Shown here piece by piece: positions 33,405 through 43,483 of a DNA stretch of 64,000 nt. Each line of letters opens with the position of its first letter. Position 1 is the stretch's first letter. The notes below the pieces were generated by a model. It did not search any database, was not told the DNA's origin, and saw nothing but the letters and a program-made list of their open reading frames with translations. The stretch lies in the NCBI GenBank assembly GCA_963840455.1, contig CAWIYV010000014.1, forward strand, positions 352,001 to 416,000, in the 5' to 3' direction. The stretch comes from Nitrospirota bacterium (lineage in GTDB: Bacteria > Nitrospirota > UBA9217). The position numbers and the translations under genes are program-made.

Positions 33405-35585
33405 ATGCCCAAGGTCCAGTTCATCTTCGCCATCCATAACCATCAGCCTGTCGGGAACTTCGACTCCGTCGCCGAGGAAGCGTACCAGAAGGCCTACCTT
33501 CCGTTCATCAATGTGCTGAAGCGCTACCGGTCGGTCAAGATCACCCTCCACTATACGGGCATCCTGTACCGGTTCTTTGAGGAGAAGCACCCGGAGTTCA
33601 TCGACACGCTCCGGGAACTTGTTGCCGAGGGCAGGGCGGAGGTCCTGTCGGGAGGCTTCTACGAGCCCATCCTGGCAGTCCTGCCCGACGAGGACAAGGC
33701 CGGCCAGGTACGGGCTCTCTCGGACTATGTTAAAAAGAAGATCGGCTACGACTGCCGCGGCATGTGGCTGGCCGAGCGGGTCTGGGAGCCGCACCTTCCA
33801 CGGTGCATAGCCGAGGCCGGCATCGACCATGTGGTGGTGGACGACTTCCATTTCAAGATGGCGGGACTCCGCGACCCCGACCTCGACGGCTACTACCTCA
33901 CCGAGGAGCTGGGCGGTCTGATCCGCATCTTCCCGGGCAGCGAGAAGCTCCGGTACCTGATCCCGTTCCACCGGCCTGAGGAGACAATCGAGTTCCTTGC
34001 GACGCTCAAGTCCACGGAGCGCAACCGGCTGGCGGTCATGGCGGACGACGGTGAGAAGTTCGGCGTCTGGCCGGAGACCCACAAGACGGTCTATGAAGAA
34101 GGCTGGCTCGAGCGGTTCTTTGCGCTGCTCGAGCAGAACAACGAATGGCTCGAGACAACGACCTTTGCCGAGTATCTCCGGATGGAGCCGGCCCGGGGCA
34201 GGACCTACCTGCCCACCGCGTCGTACATGGAGATGGGGGAATGGGCGCTCCCGACGGCGACGATGATGGAATACGAGGACGCCCTCACCATGCTGAAGGG
34301 GCTGCCGGACGGCGGGAAGATCCGGCCCTTCATCAAGGGCGGCATCTGGAGGAACTTCCTGGCCAAGTATCCCGAAAGCAACCACATGCACAAGCGCATG
34401 CTGATGGTGAGTGAAAAGGTCCACCGCGTCCTCGATGCGCCGGGATCCGCCGCGAAGCTCGACCGGGAATCGGCCCGCATGCTCGACCATCTCTATCAGT
34501 GCCAGTGCAACGACTCCTACTGGCATGGCGTGTTCGGCGGGCTGTACCTGCCGCACCTCCGTTCTGCAGTGTACGAGCATCTCATCCAGGCGGAGTACCT
34601 TGCGGACAGGGTACTGAAGATGCAAGGTCCGGTGCTGCGGGGCAAAGCTCCGGGGAAAAAAGCAGCGAAGGACTCCTGGCTTTCCATCGAGCGGGGCGAC
34701 TTCGACCGGGACGGGAACGAGGAGTTCATGGCGAACACCGAACTGATGAACATCTTCGTGGACCCGGCCGACGGCGGCAGGATCACGGAGCTGGACTGGA
34801 AGCCCCGCTCCTTCAACCTGACGAACAGCCTCACGCGCAGGCGCGAAGGCTACCACGACAAGATCGTCCATGCGGGCAAGGAGTCCCCGGCGGGCGGCGC
34901 GAAGACCATCCATGACCGGGTGGTGGTGAAGGAGGAGGGCCTCCAGCACCATCTGCAGTACGACTGGTATACGCGCGGATCGCTCCTCGATCATTTCCTG
35001 GAGTCCGGCGTGGACCTCGCAAGCTTCATACGGTGCGAGTACTACGAAGCAGGCGACTTCGTCCTCGGTGCCTATGGGGCGACGGTACGGAAGCAGCGGG
35101 ACAGCGCGGCCCTCGTCCTCGAGCGCGAGGGGAACGCCGCAGGGCTCCGCACGCGCATCTGCAAGACCATAGCGCTTCGCGCATCCGGTCACGCGGTCAC
35201 GGTGCGGTACGAGATCACGAACCTGGACAAGGAAGAGCTGAACACCACCTTTGGAAGCGAGTTCAATTTCTCGCTCCTGGCGGGCAACGCTCATGACCGC
35301 TACTACGATATCCCCGGACACATCCTGGACAAGCGCAACCTGGCATCCCTTGGCGAGACGAACAATGTACGGCAGGTGAGCCTGGTGGACGAGTGGCTGA
35401 AGCTCTCCATAATCCTGGCGTTCTCCCAGGCCGCCGTTCTCTGGCGCGCGCCGGTGGAGACGGTTTCACAATCCGAGGCGGGGTTCGAGCGGGTTTACCA
35501 GAGCTCGATGGTGATGCCGCTCTGGCGCATCTCCCTCGGCCCGGGCAAGACCTGGGAGACGGAGATCACGATAGGGATCGAATAA
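33405..35585 (+). CDS. GH57 alpha-amylase/4-alpha-glucanotransferase
   Basis: HNHQPVGN, WLAERVWEP, DDGEKFGVWP, QCNDSYWHGVFGGLY and VSQSEAGFE motifs. Confidence 0.93.
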   Translation: MPKVQFIFAIHNHQPVGNFDSVAEEAYQKAYLPFINVLKRYRSVKITLHYTGILYRFFEEKHPEFIDTLRELVAEGRAEVLSGGFYEPILAVLPDEDKAGQVRALSDYVKKKIGYDCRGMWLAERVWEPHLPRCIAEAGIDHVVVDDFHFKMAGLRDPDLDGYYLTEELGGLIRIFPGSEKLRYLIPFHRPEETIEFLATLKSTERNRLAVMADDGEKFGVWPETHKTVYEEGWLERFFALLEQNNEWLETTTFAEYLRMEPARGRTYLPTASYMEMGEWALPTATMMEYEDALTMLKGLPDGGKIRPFIKGGIWRNFLAKYPESNHMHKRMLMVSEKVHRVLDAPGSAAKLDRESARMLDHLYQCQCNDSYWHGVFGGLYLPHLRSAVYEHLIQAEYLADRVLKMQGPVLRGKAPGKKAAKDSWLSIERGDFDRDGNEEFMANTELMNIFVDPADGGRITELDWKPRSFNLTNSLTRRREGYHDKIVHAGKESPAGGAKTIHDRVVVKEEGLQHHLQYDWYTRGSLLDHFLESGVDLASFIRCEYYEAGDFVLGAYGATVRKQRDSAALVLEREGNAAGLRTRICKTIALRASGHAVTVRYEITNLDKEELNTTFGSEFNFSLLAGNAHDRYYDIPGHILDKRNLASLGETNNVRQVSLVDEWLKLSIILAFSQAAVLWRAPVETVSQSEAGFERVYQSSMVMPLWRISLGPGKTWETEITIGIE

Positions 35586-35597
35586 AGACCAGTGCTC

Positions 35598-35689
35598 TTC
35601 ACCGCAGAGGTCGCAGAAGATGCGGAGAAAAGCATCCATGGTCCATCAATTCAGGTTCAAGCCCTGCGAGCTCTGCGTTCTCCGCGGTA
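35598..35689. repeat. Family B 9-mer inverted-repeat element
   Basis: ACCGCAGAGGTCGCAGAAGATGCGGAG ... CTCTGCGTTCTCCGCGGT. Confidence 0.75.
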
Positions 35690-35728
35690 CAGGAGCTTTT
35701 GATGATCAATAGAAAAAGAGGATATGAA

Positions 35729-37528
35729 ATGAAAAAGGTACATGTGATCGTGATCCTGGTGTCCATGTTCATTTCTTCGGTGGCCTTTGCAGACAAGCCC
35801 CTGGGCCCGGTGGATATGACCTCGATCGATGAGCTGGCCTATGCGATCGCCTCGTACTTCCCGAAGGTGCAGGGCGGGGTGACGGCGGTGCACGGCGACC
35901 TGCTCACCATCGCTCTCGGCGAGAAGAACGGGCTCGTGCCCGGCATGGTCCTGACGGTATGGAGGGACGGCAGCGAGATCCTGCATCCGGTGACCAAGGC
36001 CGTCATCGGCCGGGCCGAGGACGAGGTCGGGACGATCGAAGTGGTGAGCGTCAAGGAAACAACGTCCGAAGCCGTGATGAAAAAACAGGTGAAAGAGCCG
36101 AAAGCGGGTGACCGGGCGAGGATCACGCCGAAGAAGATCAGCATCGGCGTCCTGCCGCTCCAGAACGACCGGCCCGAGATCATCCTTGGACTTACGGGGC
36201 GCCTGGGCGAGCTGGGCAGGTTCACGGTGCTGGGGAACGACAAGGTCTCGGCGTTCCTGAAGGACCGGAAACAGTTGGACGCATCCGTGATCAAGGAGAT
36301 GGGCAGCACCTTCAGCCTCGATGCGGTGGTGGCCGTGGGCATATTCCCCTCGGAAGGGAAGTATATCGTCACCGGCAGGATATTCACTGCCGACGACGCA
36401 AAGCCCATCGACACGATCGTGGCGCGCCTGAACCTCACCTCGAAACGCGAAGCGCTGGGCGATGTCCGGCCGTTCTTCGCGCCCGTGAAGGACCTGTCGG
36501 GGAAGATGCCGGACGTGCCGGTTGCAGCGCGCTACTTTGCCATTGCCGACCTCGACGGGGATGGTGCTGTCGAGTACGTTTTCTCCGATGAGAAAAAGCT
36601 CTCTATCTATCGGGCCGACAAATCCGGATGGAAGGAAGTATGGACGGAGCCCGTCGAAAGGAAAGAGCAGGAGATGCAGCAGTTCCGGATCGACGTTGCC
36701 GACATCAACGGGAACGGACGGCCTGAGATCTTCGTGACGCGTATGCTCGACGGGAGGGTCTCCTCCTATGTTGTGGAGTTCGAGAACGGGTCCTTTCGCC
36801 GGACCGCAGACATCCCGGGGTTCCTGCGGGTGGTTAGATATCCCGGCAGGGGGTTGGTGCTGATCGGGCAGGATTATGCCCCCGAGAGCTTCTTTGCCGG
36901 GCAGCCCCACGAATATGCATGGTCCGGAAGCGCATACAGTCCCGGTGCGCCGGTGGTACTTCCGAAGGGGACCGACCTCTACAGCTTTGTCTACGCAGAT
37001 TTCGGCGAGGGGCGCCCGCTTCTGGTCTCCTTTGATGACGACCGGCATCTGGTCGTGTATTCCGGGGATACGGCCCTGTGGAAGAGCGAAGAGCGCTACC
37101 ATACGTTCGAGACCGTGCTGACAAAGCCCCTGACCGGGATCGATGCTGCCGTGGCGAGCGACTCTGCCGATTTTAACAAAGCGAATATTCTGCCAGGCCC
37201 TATGATCGACAAGAGCCGGCTGGTCCATATCAACGGCAGACTGATCGCGGTCGACCTGTACGGGAGCGGCAAGGACGACCTTGTTGTTGCGAAGAACACC
37301 CCGCAGACCCTCCTCGGCGGGTACAAGGGAGGGGAGCTGGAGATCCTCACCTGGACCGGCGTCCGGCTTGAACCTCGTTGGAGTTTCAAGGACCTAGCCG
37401 GGCCGGTCCTTGATATCCAGGTCTCCCGGCCCGACAAGGCCGGCGTGCAGGTCAACGGATTGGTGAAGGTGTCCGGCGGTATCTTCAGCAAGGACGCGCT
37501 GCGGGTGGAGAAATACGAGGGAAAGTAA
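35729..37528 (+). CDS. Exported FG-GAP/VCBS repeat protein
   Basis: Signal peptide (AFA); ADLDGDG, ADINGNGRPEI and DLYGSGKDDL repeats. Start reassigned to ATG 35729. Confidence 0.8.
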   Translation: MKKVHVIVILVSMFISSVAFADKPLGPVDMTSIDELAYAIASYFPKVQGGVTAVHGDLLTIALGEKNGLVPGMVLTVWRDGSEILHPVTKAVIGRAEDEVGTIEVVSVKETTSEAVMKKQVKEPKAGDRARITPKKISIGVLPLQNDRPEIILGLTGRLGELGRFTVLGNDKVSAFLKDRKQLDASVIKEMGSTFSLDAVVAVGIFPSEGKYIVTGRIFTADDAKPIDTIVARLNLTSKREALGDVRPFFAPVKDLSGKMPDVPVAARYFAIADLDGDGAVEYVFSDEKKLSIYRADKSGWKEVWTEPVERKEQEMQQFRIDVADINGNGRPEIFVTRMLDGRVSSYVVEFENGSFRRTADIPGFLRVVRYPGRGLVLIGQDYAPESFFAGQPHEYAWSGSAYSPGAPVVLPKGTDLYSFVYADFGEGRPLLVSFDDDRHLVVYSGDTALWKSEERYHTFETVLTKPLTGIDAAVASDSADFNKANILPGPMIDKSRLVHINGRLIAVDLYGSGKDDLVVAKNTPQTLLGGYKGGELEILTWTGVRLEPRWSFKDLAGPVLDIQVSRPDKAGVQVNGLVKVSGGIFSKDALRVEKYEGK

Positions 37529-37561
37529 CGCTATTATTGCGGATTGCGGAATGTGGATTTC

Positions 37562-37766
37562 GGATCGAAGATTCCCTGCAGCCGGCTGCAGGGAATCTCT
37601 AATCGCTCGCTAACCCGGCAGCACGCTGCGGGGAATGCGCTCGCTCCTGGATTTAAGCTCCCAGATGCATACTGCATGGAGCTTCGATCCTCAGGGTAGT
37701 ACGTTTATCCTAATCGCTCGCTATTCCCGCAGCAAGCTAAGGGGAACGCGCTCGCTCCTGGATTCA
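37562..37766 (-). mobile_element. Family A tandem elements (minus strand), preceded by a TGCGGAT tract
   Basis: Two CGCTCGCTCCTGGATT units with CCCGCAGC/GCTGCGGG-type hairpins. Confidence 0.85.
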
Positions 37767-37813
37767 ATAAAAAAGAGGGACGACCACCGATCTAGACGCG
37801 GATCACGGGCAGT

Positions 37814-38605
37814 ATGAAAAAGAAAGAGTCATCAATAGCAGATCTCCGGGCGCGGCTTGATCCGGACAGCGTGCCCAGGCACATTGCCATCATCATGGAC
37901 GGCAACGGGCGCTGGGCGGTTCGGCGCGGCATGCCGAGGATCATGGGGCACAAGCGGGGGGCCGAAACGGTCCGGAACGTGGTGGAGCAGTGCCGGAAGC
38001 TCGGCATCGGGGTCCTGACGCTGTATGCCTTTTCCGACGAGAACTGGGGGAGGCCGCGGCAGGAAGTGAGCTTTCTCATGAACATGCTCGGCGGCTACCT
38101 CCGGTCCGAGATCGCGACAATGAAGACGAACGGCATCCGGTTCCGCACCATCGGCAGGACCGAACGGCTCCCGAAAACGGCGCAGAAGTGGGTCCAGAAG
38201 GCCGTCTCCGAGACCACGCGGAATACCGGCATGATACTGAACCTGGCACTGTCCTACGGCGGAAGGGGCGAGATCCTCGAAGCCGTACGGCGGCTTCGGT
38301 CCTCTGCAGGCATCCCCGAGGAACTCGACGAGGCACAGTTCTCATCATATCTCGATACGGCGGGGCTGCCCGATCCGGACCTGATCGTCCGCACGAGCGG
38401 CGAGAAGCGGATCAGCAACTTCCTGCTGTGGCAGGCTGCTTACGCCGAGCTTTATTTCACCGATGTCCTCTGGCCGGACTTCAATGAGAAGGAGCTGCTT
38501 GCCGCACTCCTCGATTACCAGGGGCGGCAGCGCCGTTTCGGCCTCACCGAGGAGCAGCTCGAATCCAGGAGCGAGCGCAAGCCCGGCAGCGTGCTGCGGG
38601 GTTAG
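37814..38605 (+). CDS. uppS: Undecaprenyl diphosphate synthase
   Basis: HIAIIMDGNGRWA, YAFSDENW, RTSGEKRISNFLLWQ and RRFG motifs. Confidence 0.97.
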   Translation: MKKKESSIADLRARLDPDSVPRHIAIIMDGNGRWAVRRGMPRIMGHKRGAETVRNVVEQCRKLGIGVLTLYAFSDENWGRPRQEVSFLMNMLGGYLRSEIATMKTNGIRFRTIGRTERLPKTAQKWVQKAVSETTRNTGMILNLALSYGGRGEILEAVRRLRSSAGIPEELDEAQFSSYLDTAGLPDPDLIVRTSGEKRISNFLLWQAAYAELYFTDVLWPDFNEKELLAALLDYQGRQRRFGLTEEQLESRSERKPGSVLRG

Positions 38606-38784
38606 CAAGCGATGAGAATAAAGGAGTTCCTTGAGGATCGAAGCTCCAAGCCTTTTGTAGCCGGGAGCTTAAATCCAGGAGCGAGCGCAAGCCCGGCAGC
38701 GTGCTGCGGGGTTAGCAAGCGATGAGAATAACCATGCTACGCTGAGGATCGAAGATTCCCTGCAGCTGGCTGCAGGGAGCTTCA
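38561..38784 (+). mobile_element. Family A tandem dimer (units start at 38561 and 38671)
   Basis: The first ~59 nt of the two units are identical; the dimer overlaps the uppS 3' end. Confidence 0.9.
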
Positions 38785-38848
38785 CCGCAGTTCCGGCGGC
38801 CCGCTCCGGCCGTCCGCGCTCAAATCCCGAGAGTAACGGAGACCCTGT

Positions 38849-39652
38849 ATGAGCACGACCCGTGTCCTGAGCAGCCTCGCGCTGGTCCCCATCCTTTTAG
38901 TCGTGGTCTGGCTGCTGCCGCCCGCGTATTTCACCGGGTTGGCGGTCTTCGCGGCCGCCTTGGGACAGTACGAACTGTACGGCATGGCGAAGGCTCGGGG
39001 CATCATGCCGCAGACCGCGGCCGGCATCGTGCTCGGGTCCCTGATCGTCATCAATTTCTACCGTCCGCTTTACCCGTACGTGGGCGGGACCTTGTTCTGG
39101 ACCACGCTGTGCATACTGGCGGTCATGGTCACACGGCTCTTTTCCCGACGGGCCGTGGAGGGCGCTCTTGAGGACATTGCGGTCACGGCTGCAGGCATCT
39201 TCTACGTTGCACTGCTGTTCGGGTTCCAGGTCGCGATCCTTGCAGGCGGTCCCGGGAAGAGGTGGCTGGTGTTCCTGTACCTGGTGATCTGGGCATCGGA
39301 CACGGGAGCGTACTATGTAGGGACGGCCTTCGGCAGGCACCGTCTCTACGAGAAGATCAGCCCCAAGAAGAGCATTGAGGGGCTTCTGGGCGGGCTGCTT
39401 GCGTCCATGATCATTGCGCTGCTCTGCAAAGTGTGGCTCGTGCCATCGGTCGGCCTCCTCGAAGCGGCCGTTCTCGGAGCTTTCCTTGCGGCAGTCGGCA
39501 CCGTGGGAGACCTTGTTGAATCGCTCATAAAGCGGAGCGCCGGGGTCAAGGACTCCGGGTCCCTCATCCCCGGGCATGGCGGTATCCTGGACCGCATGGA
39601 CAGCATGCTCTTCGCCGCTCCGGTGCTGTTCTACTATCTGAGAATGAGATGA
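38849..39652 (+). CDS. cdsA: Phosphatidate cytidylyltransferase
   Basis: SDTGAY, ISPKKSIEG and KDSGSLIPGHGGILDRMDS motifs. Confidence 0.96.
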   Translation: MSTTRVLSSLALVPILLVVVWLLPPAYFTGLAVFAAALGQYELYGMAKARGIMPQTAAGIVLGSLIVINFYRPLYPYVGGTLFWTTLCILAVMVTRLFSRRAVEGALEDIAVTAAGIFYVALLFGFQVAILAGGPGKRWLVFLYLVIWASDTGAYYVGTAFGRHRLYEKISPKKSIEGLLGGLLASMIIALLCKVWLVPSVGLLEAAVLGAFLAAVGTVGDLVESLIKRSAGVKDSGSLIPGHGGILDRMDSMLFAAPVLFYYLRMR

Positions 39653-39660
39653 GGAACGTC

Positions 39661-39747
39661 CGGGAGACAGGGGCCAGGAGACAGAATACAGAAGAGAACC
39701 GGTTGCATCTTCCGTATCTTCCCCTGACCCCTGGCCCCTGACACCTG
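39661..39747. repeat. 7-nt-period inverted element
   Basis: GGAGACA GGGGCCA GGAGACA GAATACA ... CCCCTGA CCCCTGG CCCCTGA CACCTG. Confidence 0.7.
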
Positions 39748-39751
39748 CATT

Positions 39752-40924
39752 ATGAAAAAGATCGCCATACTCGGTTCCACCGGCTCCATCGGCACCTCGA
39801 CGCTCGCGGTTGCGGAACAGTTCCCGGACCGGTTCAAGGTCGTGGCCATTGCCGGAGGGAACAACAGTAAGCTCCTGGAATCGCAGATCCGGAAGTTCAA
39901 ACCGTCCCTCACGGCCATTGCGGACGCGAAGGCCGCGGAATCCCTGCGGAAGAAGTGCAATGATATGCCGGTCAGGATCGTCTCGGGCGTGGAAGGGATG
40001 ATCGAGGTAGCGACAGCGGAGGATGCGGACATCACCGTGTCCGCCATCGTAGGCACCGCAGGCCTCGTGCCCACCATTGCGGCGATCCAGGCAGGCAAGG
40101 ACATCGCCCTGGCGAACAAGGAGGTGCTCGTCACCGCCGGGGAACTGGTCATGGCGGAGTGCCGCAGATGGAACGTACGGCTCTTCCCGGTGGACAGCGA
40201 GCACAGCGCCATCTTCCAGTGCCTGCATTCGGGACAGCGCGGCGACGTGAAGCGGCTCATTCTTACGGCGTCGGGCGGCCCGTTCCGGAACCATTCGAAA
40301 GATGATCTTGCAAAGGTGAGGCTGGCCGAGGCGCTCAAGCATCCGAACTGGAGCATGGGCAGGAAGATCACCATCGATTCGGCCACGCTCATGAACAAGG
40401 GGCTCGAGGTGATCGAGGCGCACTGGCTCTTCGGCATGGCGCCGGAGCAGATCAAGGTGCTGGTCCACCCTCAGAGCATCGTGCATTCGCTCGTGGAGTA
40501 CCGGGACGGATCCGTCGTTGCCCAGCTCGGCATGCCCGACATGAAGGGGCCCATTGCCTACGCACTTTCCTATCCAGAGCGGCTTCCCGATGTGTCGCCG
40601 GGTCTCGATCTCGCGTCCATCGCCACGCTTACCTTCCAGGAGCCGGACCGGGACCTGTTCCCCTGCCTGGGCTACGCCTATGATGCGCTCAAAGCGGGAG
40701 GCAGCATGCCGGCCGTCCTGTCCGCGGCCAACGAGGTGGCGGTCAGATATTTCCTGGAGGAGAAGATCGGGTTCCTCGATGTCCCCCGGGTCCTGAAGTT
40801 CGTCATGGAGGCCCACACACCGGTCTCCCTCAAGACCGTGGACGAGGCGCTTGAGGCGGACCTCTGGGCGCGGCAGGAGGCGGAAAAGGTCATTGCGGAT
40901 CTCGGATTGCGGATTGCGGATTAA
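39752..40924 (+). CDS. dxr: 1-deoxy-D-xylulose-5-phosphate reductoisomerase
   Basis: LGSTGSIG, ALANKE, PVDSEH and HPNWSMGRKITIDSAT motifs. Confidence 0.97.
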   Translation: MKKIAILGSTGSIGTSTLAVAEQFPDRFKVVAIAGGNNSKLLESQIRKFKPSLTAIADAKAAESLRKKCNDMPVRIVSGVEGMIEVATAEDADITVSAIVGTAGLVPTIAAIQAGKDIALANKEVLVTAGELVMAECRRWNVRLFPVDSEHSAIFQCLHSGQRGDVKRLILTASGGPFRNHSKDDLAKVRLAEALKHPNWSMGRKITIDSATLMNKGLEVIEAHWLFGMAPEQIKVLVHPQSIVHSLVEYRDGSVVAQLGMPDMKGPIAYALSYPERLPDVSPGLDLASIATLTFQEPDRDLFPCLGYAYDALKAGGSMPAVLSAANEVAVRYFLEEKIGFLDVPRVLKFVMEAHTPVSLKTVDEALEADLWARQEAEKVIADLGLRIAD

Positions 40925-40937
40925 AGACCATAACAGG

Positions 40938-41045
40938 GAACCGCGAAGGCGCAAAGGACGCGAAGGAAATCTTGGAGATCTTGCAGTAAAGCAAAATAAC
41001 TTTTGTTTTTGACGTTCTTCGCGTTCTTTGCGTCTTCGCGGTAAA
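40938..41045. repeat. Family B 108-bp inverted-repeat element, copy of 29467-29574
   Basis: ACCGCGAAGGCGCAAAGGACGCGAAG ... CTTCGCGTTCTTTGCGTCTTCGCGGT. Confidence 0.85.
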
Positions 41046-41067
41046 CATTCTTTCCTTAGGAGTTGAA

Positions 41068-42351
41068 ATGACCTTAGTATATTTCTTGATCGTGATCGGC
41101 ATCCTCGTATTCGTGCATGAGTTCGGCCACTTCATCATGGCGAAGCGGGCCGGCGTGCGCGTGGAGAAGTTCTCCCTCGGCATGGGGCCGAAACTGTTCG
41201 GCTACAAGAAGGGCGACACGGACTACATCATTTCGGCGCTTCCGCTCGGAGGATACGTGAAGATGGCCGGCGAGAACCCCGATGAGGAGCCCACGGGCGC
41301 GCCGGACGAGTTCCCGTCCAAGACCGTCTGGCAGCGCGCAAAGATCGCCGCGGCCGGCTCACTCACGAACATCGTGCTCGCCTTCCTGCTGATGCCGTTG
41401 GTGTTCATGGTCGGCACCTACGCCGAAGGCCCGGCGAAGGTCGGGTTCGTGGAAAAGGGCTCTCCCGCAGAGAAGGCCGGGTTCCAGGCGGGCGACGTGA
41501 TCGAGGAGATCAACGGCAGGCGGATCAGCGACTGGACCAAGGCCCTGACGCTCATTGCGGTGAATCCCGATACGGACGTTGCGGTCACGCTGGACCGGAA
41601 CGGCGAGAAAAAGGTCCTCGCGCTCCGGCCCGAGGCGGTCTCGGAGCTCCGGATCGGATCCTCGGGGCTCATGCCGGACATGCCTGCCGAGATCGGCAGG
41701 CTCCGGCCCGGACTTCCCGCGGAAAAGGCCGGCCTCAGGGTGAACGACAAGATCCTAGAGGTCAACGGCAAAACGATCTATCACTGGAACCAGTTCTCGC
41801 TCATGGTGAAAGAGAGCGAGGGCAAGGACCTTCTGATCCTCCTGTCGCGCGAGGGGAAGCGCGAGCAGAAGACCATCAAGCCCGTCATGGACGGCGGGCG
41901 GTTCGTTATCGGCGTCGAACCAGCTGTCCGGCTGGTCTTCAAGAAGTACGGCTTCTTCGAGTCGGTGCAGATGGGATTCACCAAGACCGTCGAGACCGCC
42001 GACCTGACCTTCATCACGCTCAAAAAACTGTTCACATTCTCGCTCTCCATCAAGACGCTGGGCGGGCCGGTCATGATCGCCCAGATGTCGGGGCAGGCCG
42101 CTGCGGCGGGGCTTTCGGCCTTCATCGCGCTCATGGCGACCATCAGCCTTTCCCTCGGCATGCTGAACCTGCTGCCCATCCCGGTGCTCGACGGGGGCAT
42201 GCTCCTGTTCCTCGCCATCGAGGCGGTCCGGAAGCGGCCCCTGAGCCAGAAGGTCATGGAAGTCAGCCAGGGCATCGGCGCGGCGCTCTTGATAACCCTG
42301 ATCGCGGTCGTATCGTACAACGACGTGATGCGGCTGTTCTTCAGCAAATAA
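41068..42351 (+). CDS. rseP: RIP metalloprotease RseP
   Basis: HEFGH, PLGGYVKM, two PDZ domains and NLLPIPVLDGG. Confidence 0.96.
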   Translation: MTLVYFLIVIGILVFVHEFGHFIMAKRAGVRVEKFSLGMGPKLFGYKKGDTDYIISALPLGGYVKMAGENPDEEPTGAPDEFPSKTVWQRAKIAAAGSLTNIVLAFLLMPLVFMVGTYAEGPAKVGFVEKGSPAEKAGFQAGDVIEEINGRRISDWTKALTLIAVNPDTDVAVTLDRNGEKKVLALRPEAVSELRIGSSGLMPDMPAEIGRLRPGLPAEKAGLRVNDKILEVNGKTIYHWNQFSLMVKESEGKDLLILLSREGKREQKTIKPVMDGGRFVIGVEPAVRLVFKKYGFFESVQMGFTKTVETADLTFITLKKLFTFSLSIKTLGGPVMIAQMSGQAAAAGLSAFIALMATISLSLGMLNLLPIPVLDGGMLLFLAIEAVRKRPLSQKVMEVSQGIGAALLITLIAVVSYNDVMRLFFSK

Positions 42352-42409
42352 CGACGCTTGCAGGCCTGCAGGCTGGCAAGCATGCAAGCTCGGGCGGAAC
42401 GCGAGACCC

Positions 42410-43483
42410 ATGAATCCCATTCCCCGCAAGAAGACCCGCCAGATAACGCTCGGCCCCGTGAAGATCGGCTGGGGCGCGCCGGTGGTGGTGCAGTCCATGT
42501 GCAACACGAACACCCGGGACGTCGCGGCGACGCTGGCACAGATCGATCGGCTTGAGGCCGCCGGCTGTGAGGTCGTGCGGCTCGCGGTCCCGGACGAGGA
42601 CGCAGCGAAGGCGCTCGGGAATATCAGGAAGGGAACGAAGGTCCCCCTGGTCGCGGACATCCATTTCAGCCATACCCTCGCGATGGAAGCAGTGAAGCAG
42701 GGCGTGGACGGGCTACGGATCAACCCGGGCAATATCGGCGGCAAGGACAAGGTCAGCGAGGTCGTGAAGGCCTGCAAGGAAAGGAAGATACCCATCCGCA
42801 TCGGCGTGAACGCCGGCTCGCTCGAAAAGCATCTGCTCGAGAAGTACGGCCATCCCACGCCCGAGGCCATCGTCGAGAGCGCCTTCGGCCATCTACGCAT
42901 CCTCGAGGACCTGGATTACGGGGAGATCAAGGTCTCGCTCAAGGCATCGGACGTGCTCACGACGGTTGAGGCGTACCGGCTCTTCGCGACGCAGTCGGAC
43001 TACCCCGTGCACATCGGCATTTCCGAGGCGGGGACCATCCACGCCGGCACGATCAAGTCGAGCGTGGGCCTCGGTATCCTTCTGGCCGAGGGCATCGGCG
43101 ATACCATGCGGGTCTCGCTTACCGCAGACCCGGTCGAGGAGGTCCGCGTCGCCTACGAAATATTGAAATCCCTCAAGGTCCGGCAGCGCGGCGTGAACCT
43201 CATCTCCTGCCCCACCTGCGGCAGGACCGAGATCAACATCATCGGACTTGCCGAGGAAGTAGAGCGGCGGCTCAGTCACATCAAGGAGCCGCTCACGGTG
43301 GCGGTCATGGGCTGCGTGGTGAACGGCCCCGGCGAGGCGCGCGAGGCGGACATCGGGATAGCCGGCGGCAAAGGCGTGGGAATGCTGTTCAGGCACGGCG
43401 AGATCGTCAGGAAGTTCGATGAGAAGGACCTGGCGGATGTGCTGGTGAAGGAAGTGGAAGAGATCGTTAAGAGTAGACAGTAG
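42410..43483 (+). CDS. ispG: (E)-4-hydroxy-3-methylbut-2-enyl-diphosphate synthase
   Basis: VQSM, RINPGNIG, SCPTCGR and MGCVVNGPGE motifs. Confidence 0.97.
   Translation: MNPIPRKKTRQITLGPVKIGWGAPVVVQSMCNTNTRDVAATLAQIDRLEAAGCEVVRLAVPDEDAAKALGNIRKGTKVPLVADIHFSHTLAMEAVKQGVDGLRINPGNIGGKDKVSEVVKACKERKIPIRIGVNAGSLEKHLLEKYGHPTPEAIVESAFGHLRILEDLDYGEIKVSLKASDVLTTVEAYRLFATQSDYPVHIGISEAGTIHAGTIKSSVGLGILLAEGIGDTMRVSLTADPVEEVRVAYEILKSLKVRQRGVNLISCPTCGRTEINIIGLAEEVERRLSHIKEPLTVAVMGCVVNGPGEAREADIGIAGGKGVGMLFRHGEIVRKFDEKDLADVLVKEVEEIVKSRQ

Noticed and set aside
38561-38784. Tandem family A units as a CRISPR array
   Set aside because: Units are ~110 bp with only ~10 variable nt, at most ~2.4 copies per locus, dispersed over six loci, and no cas genes are present.
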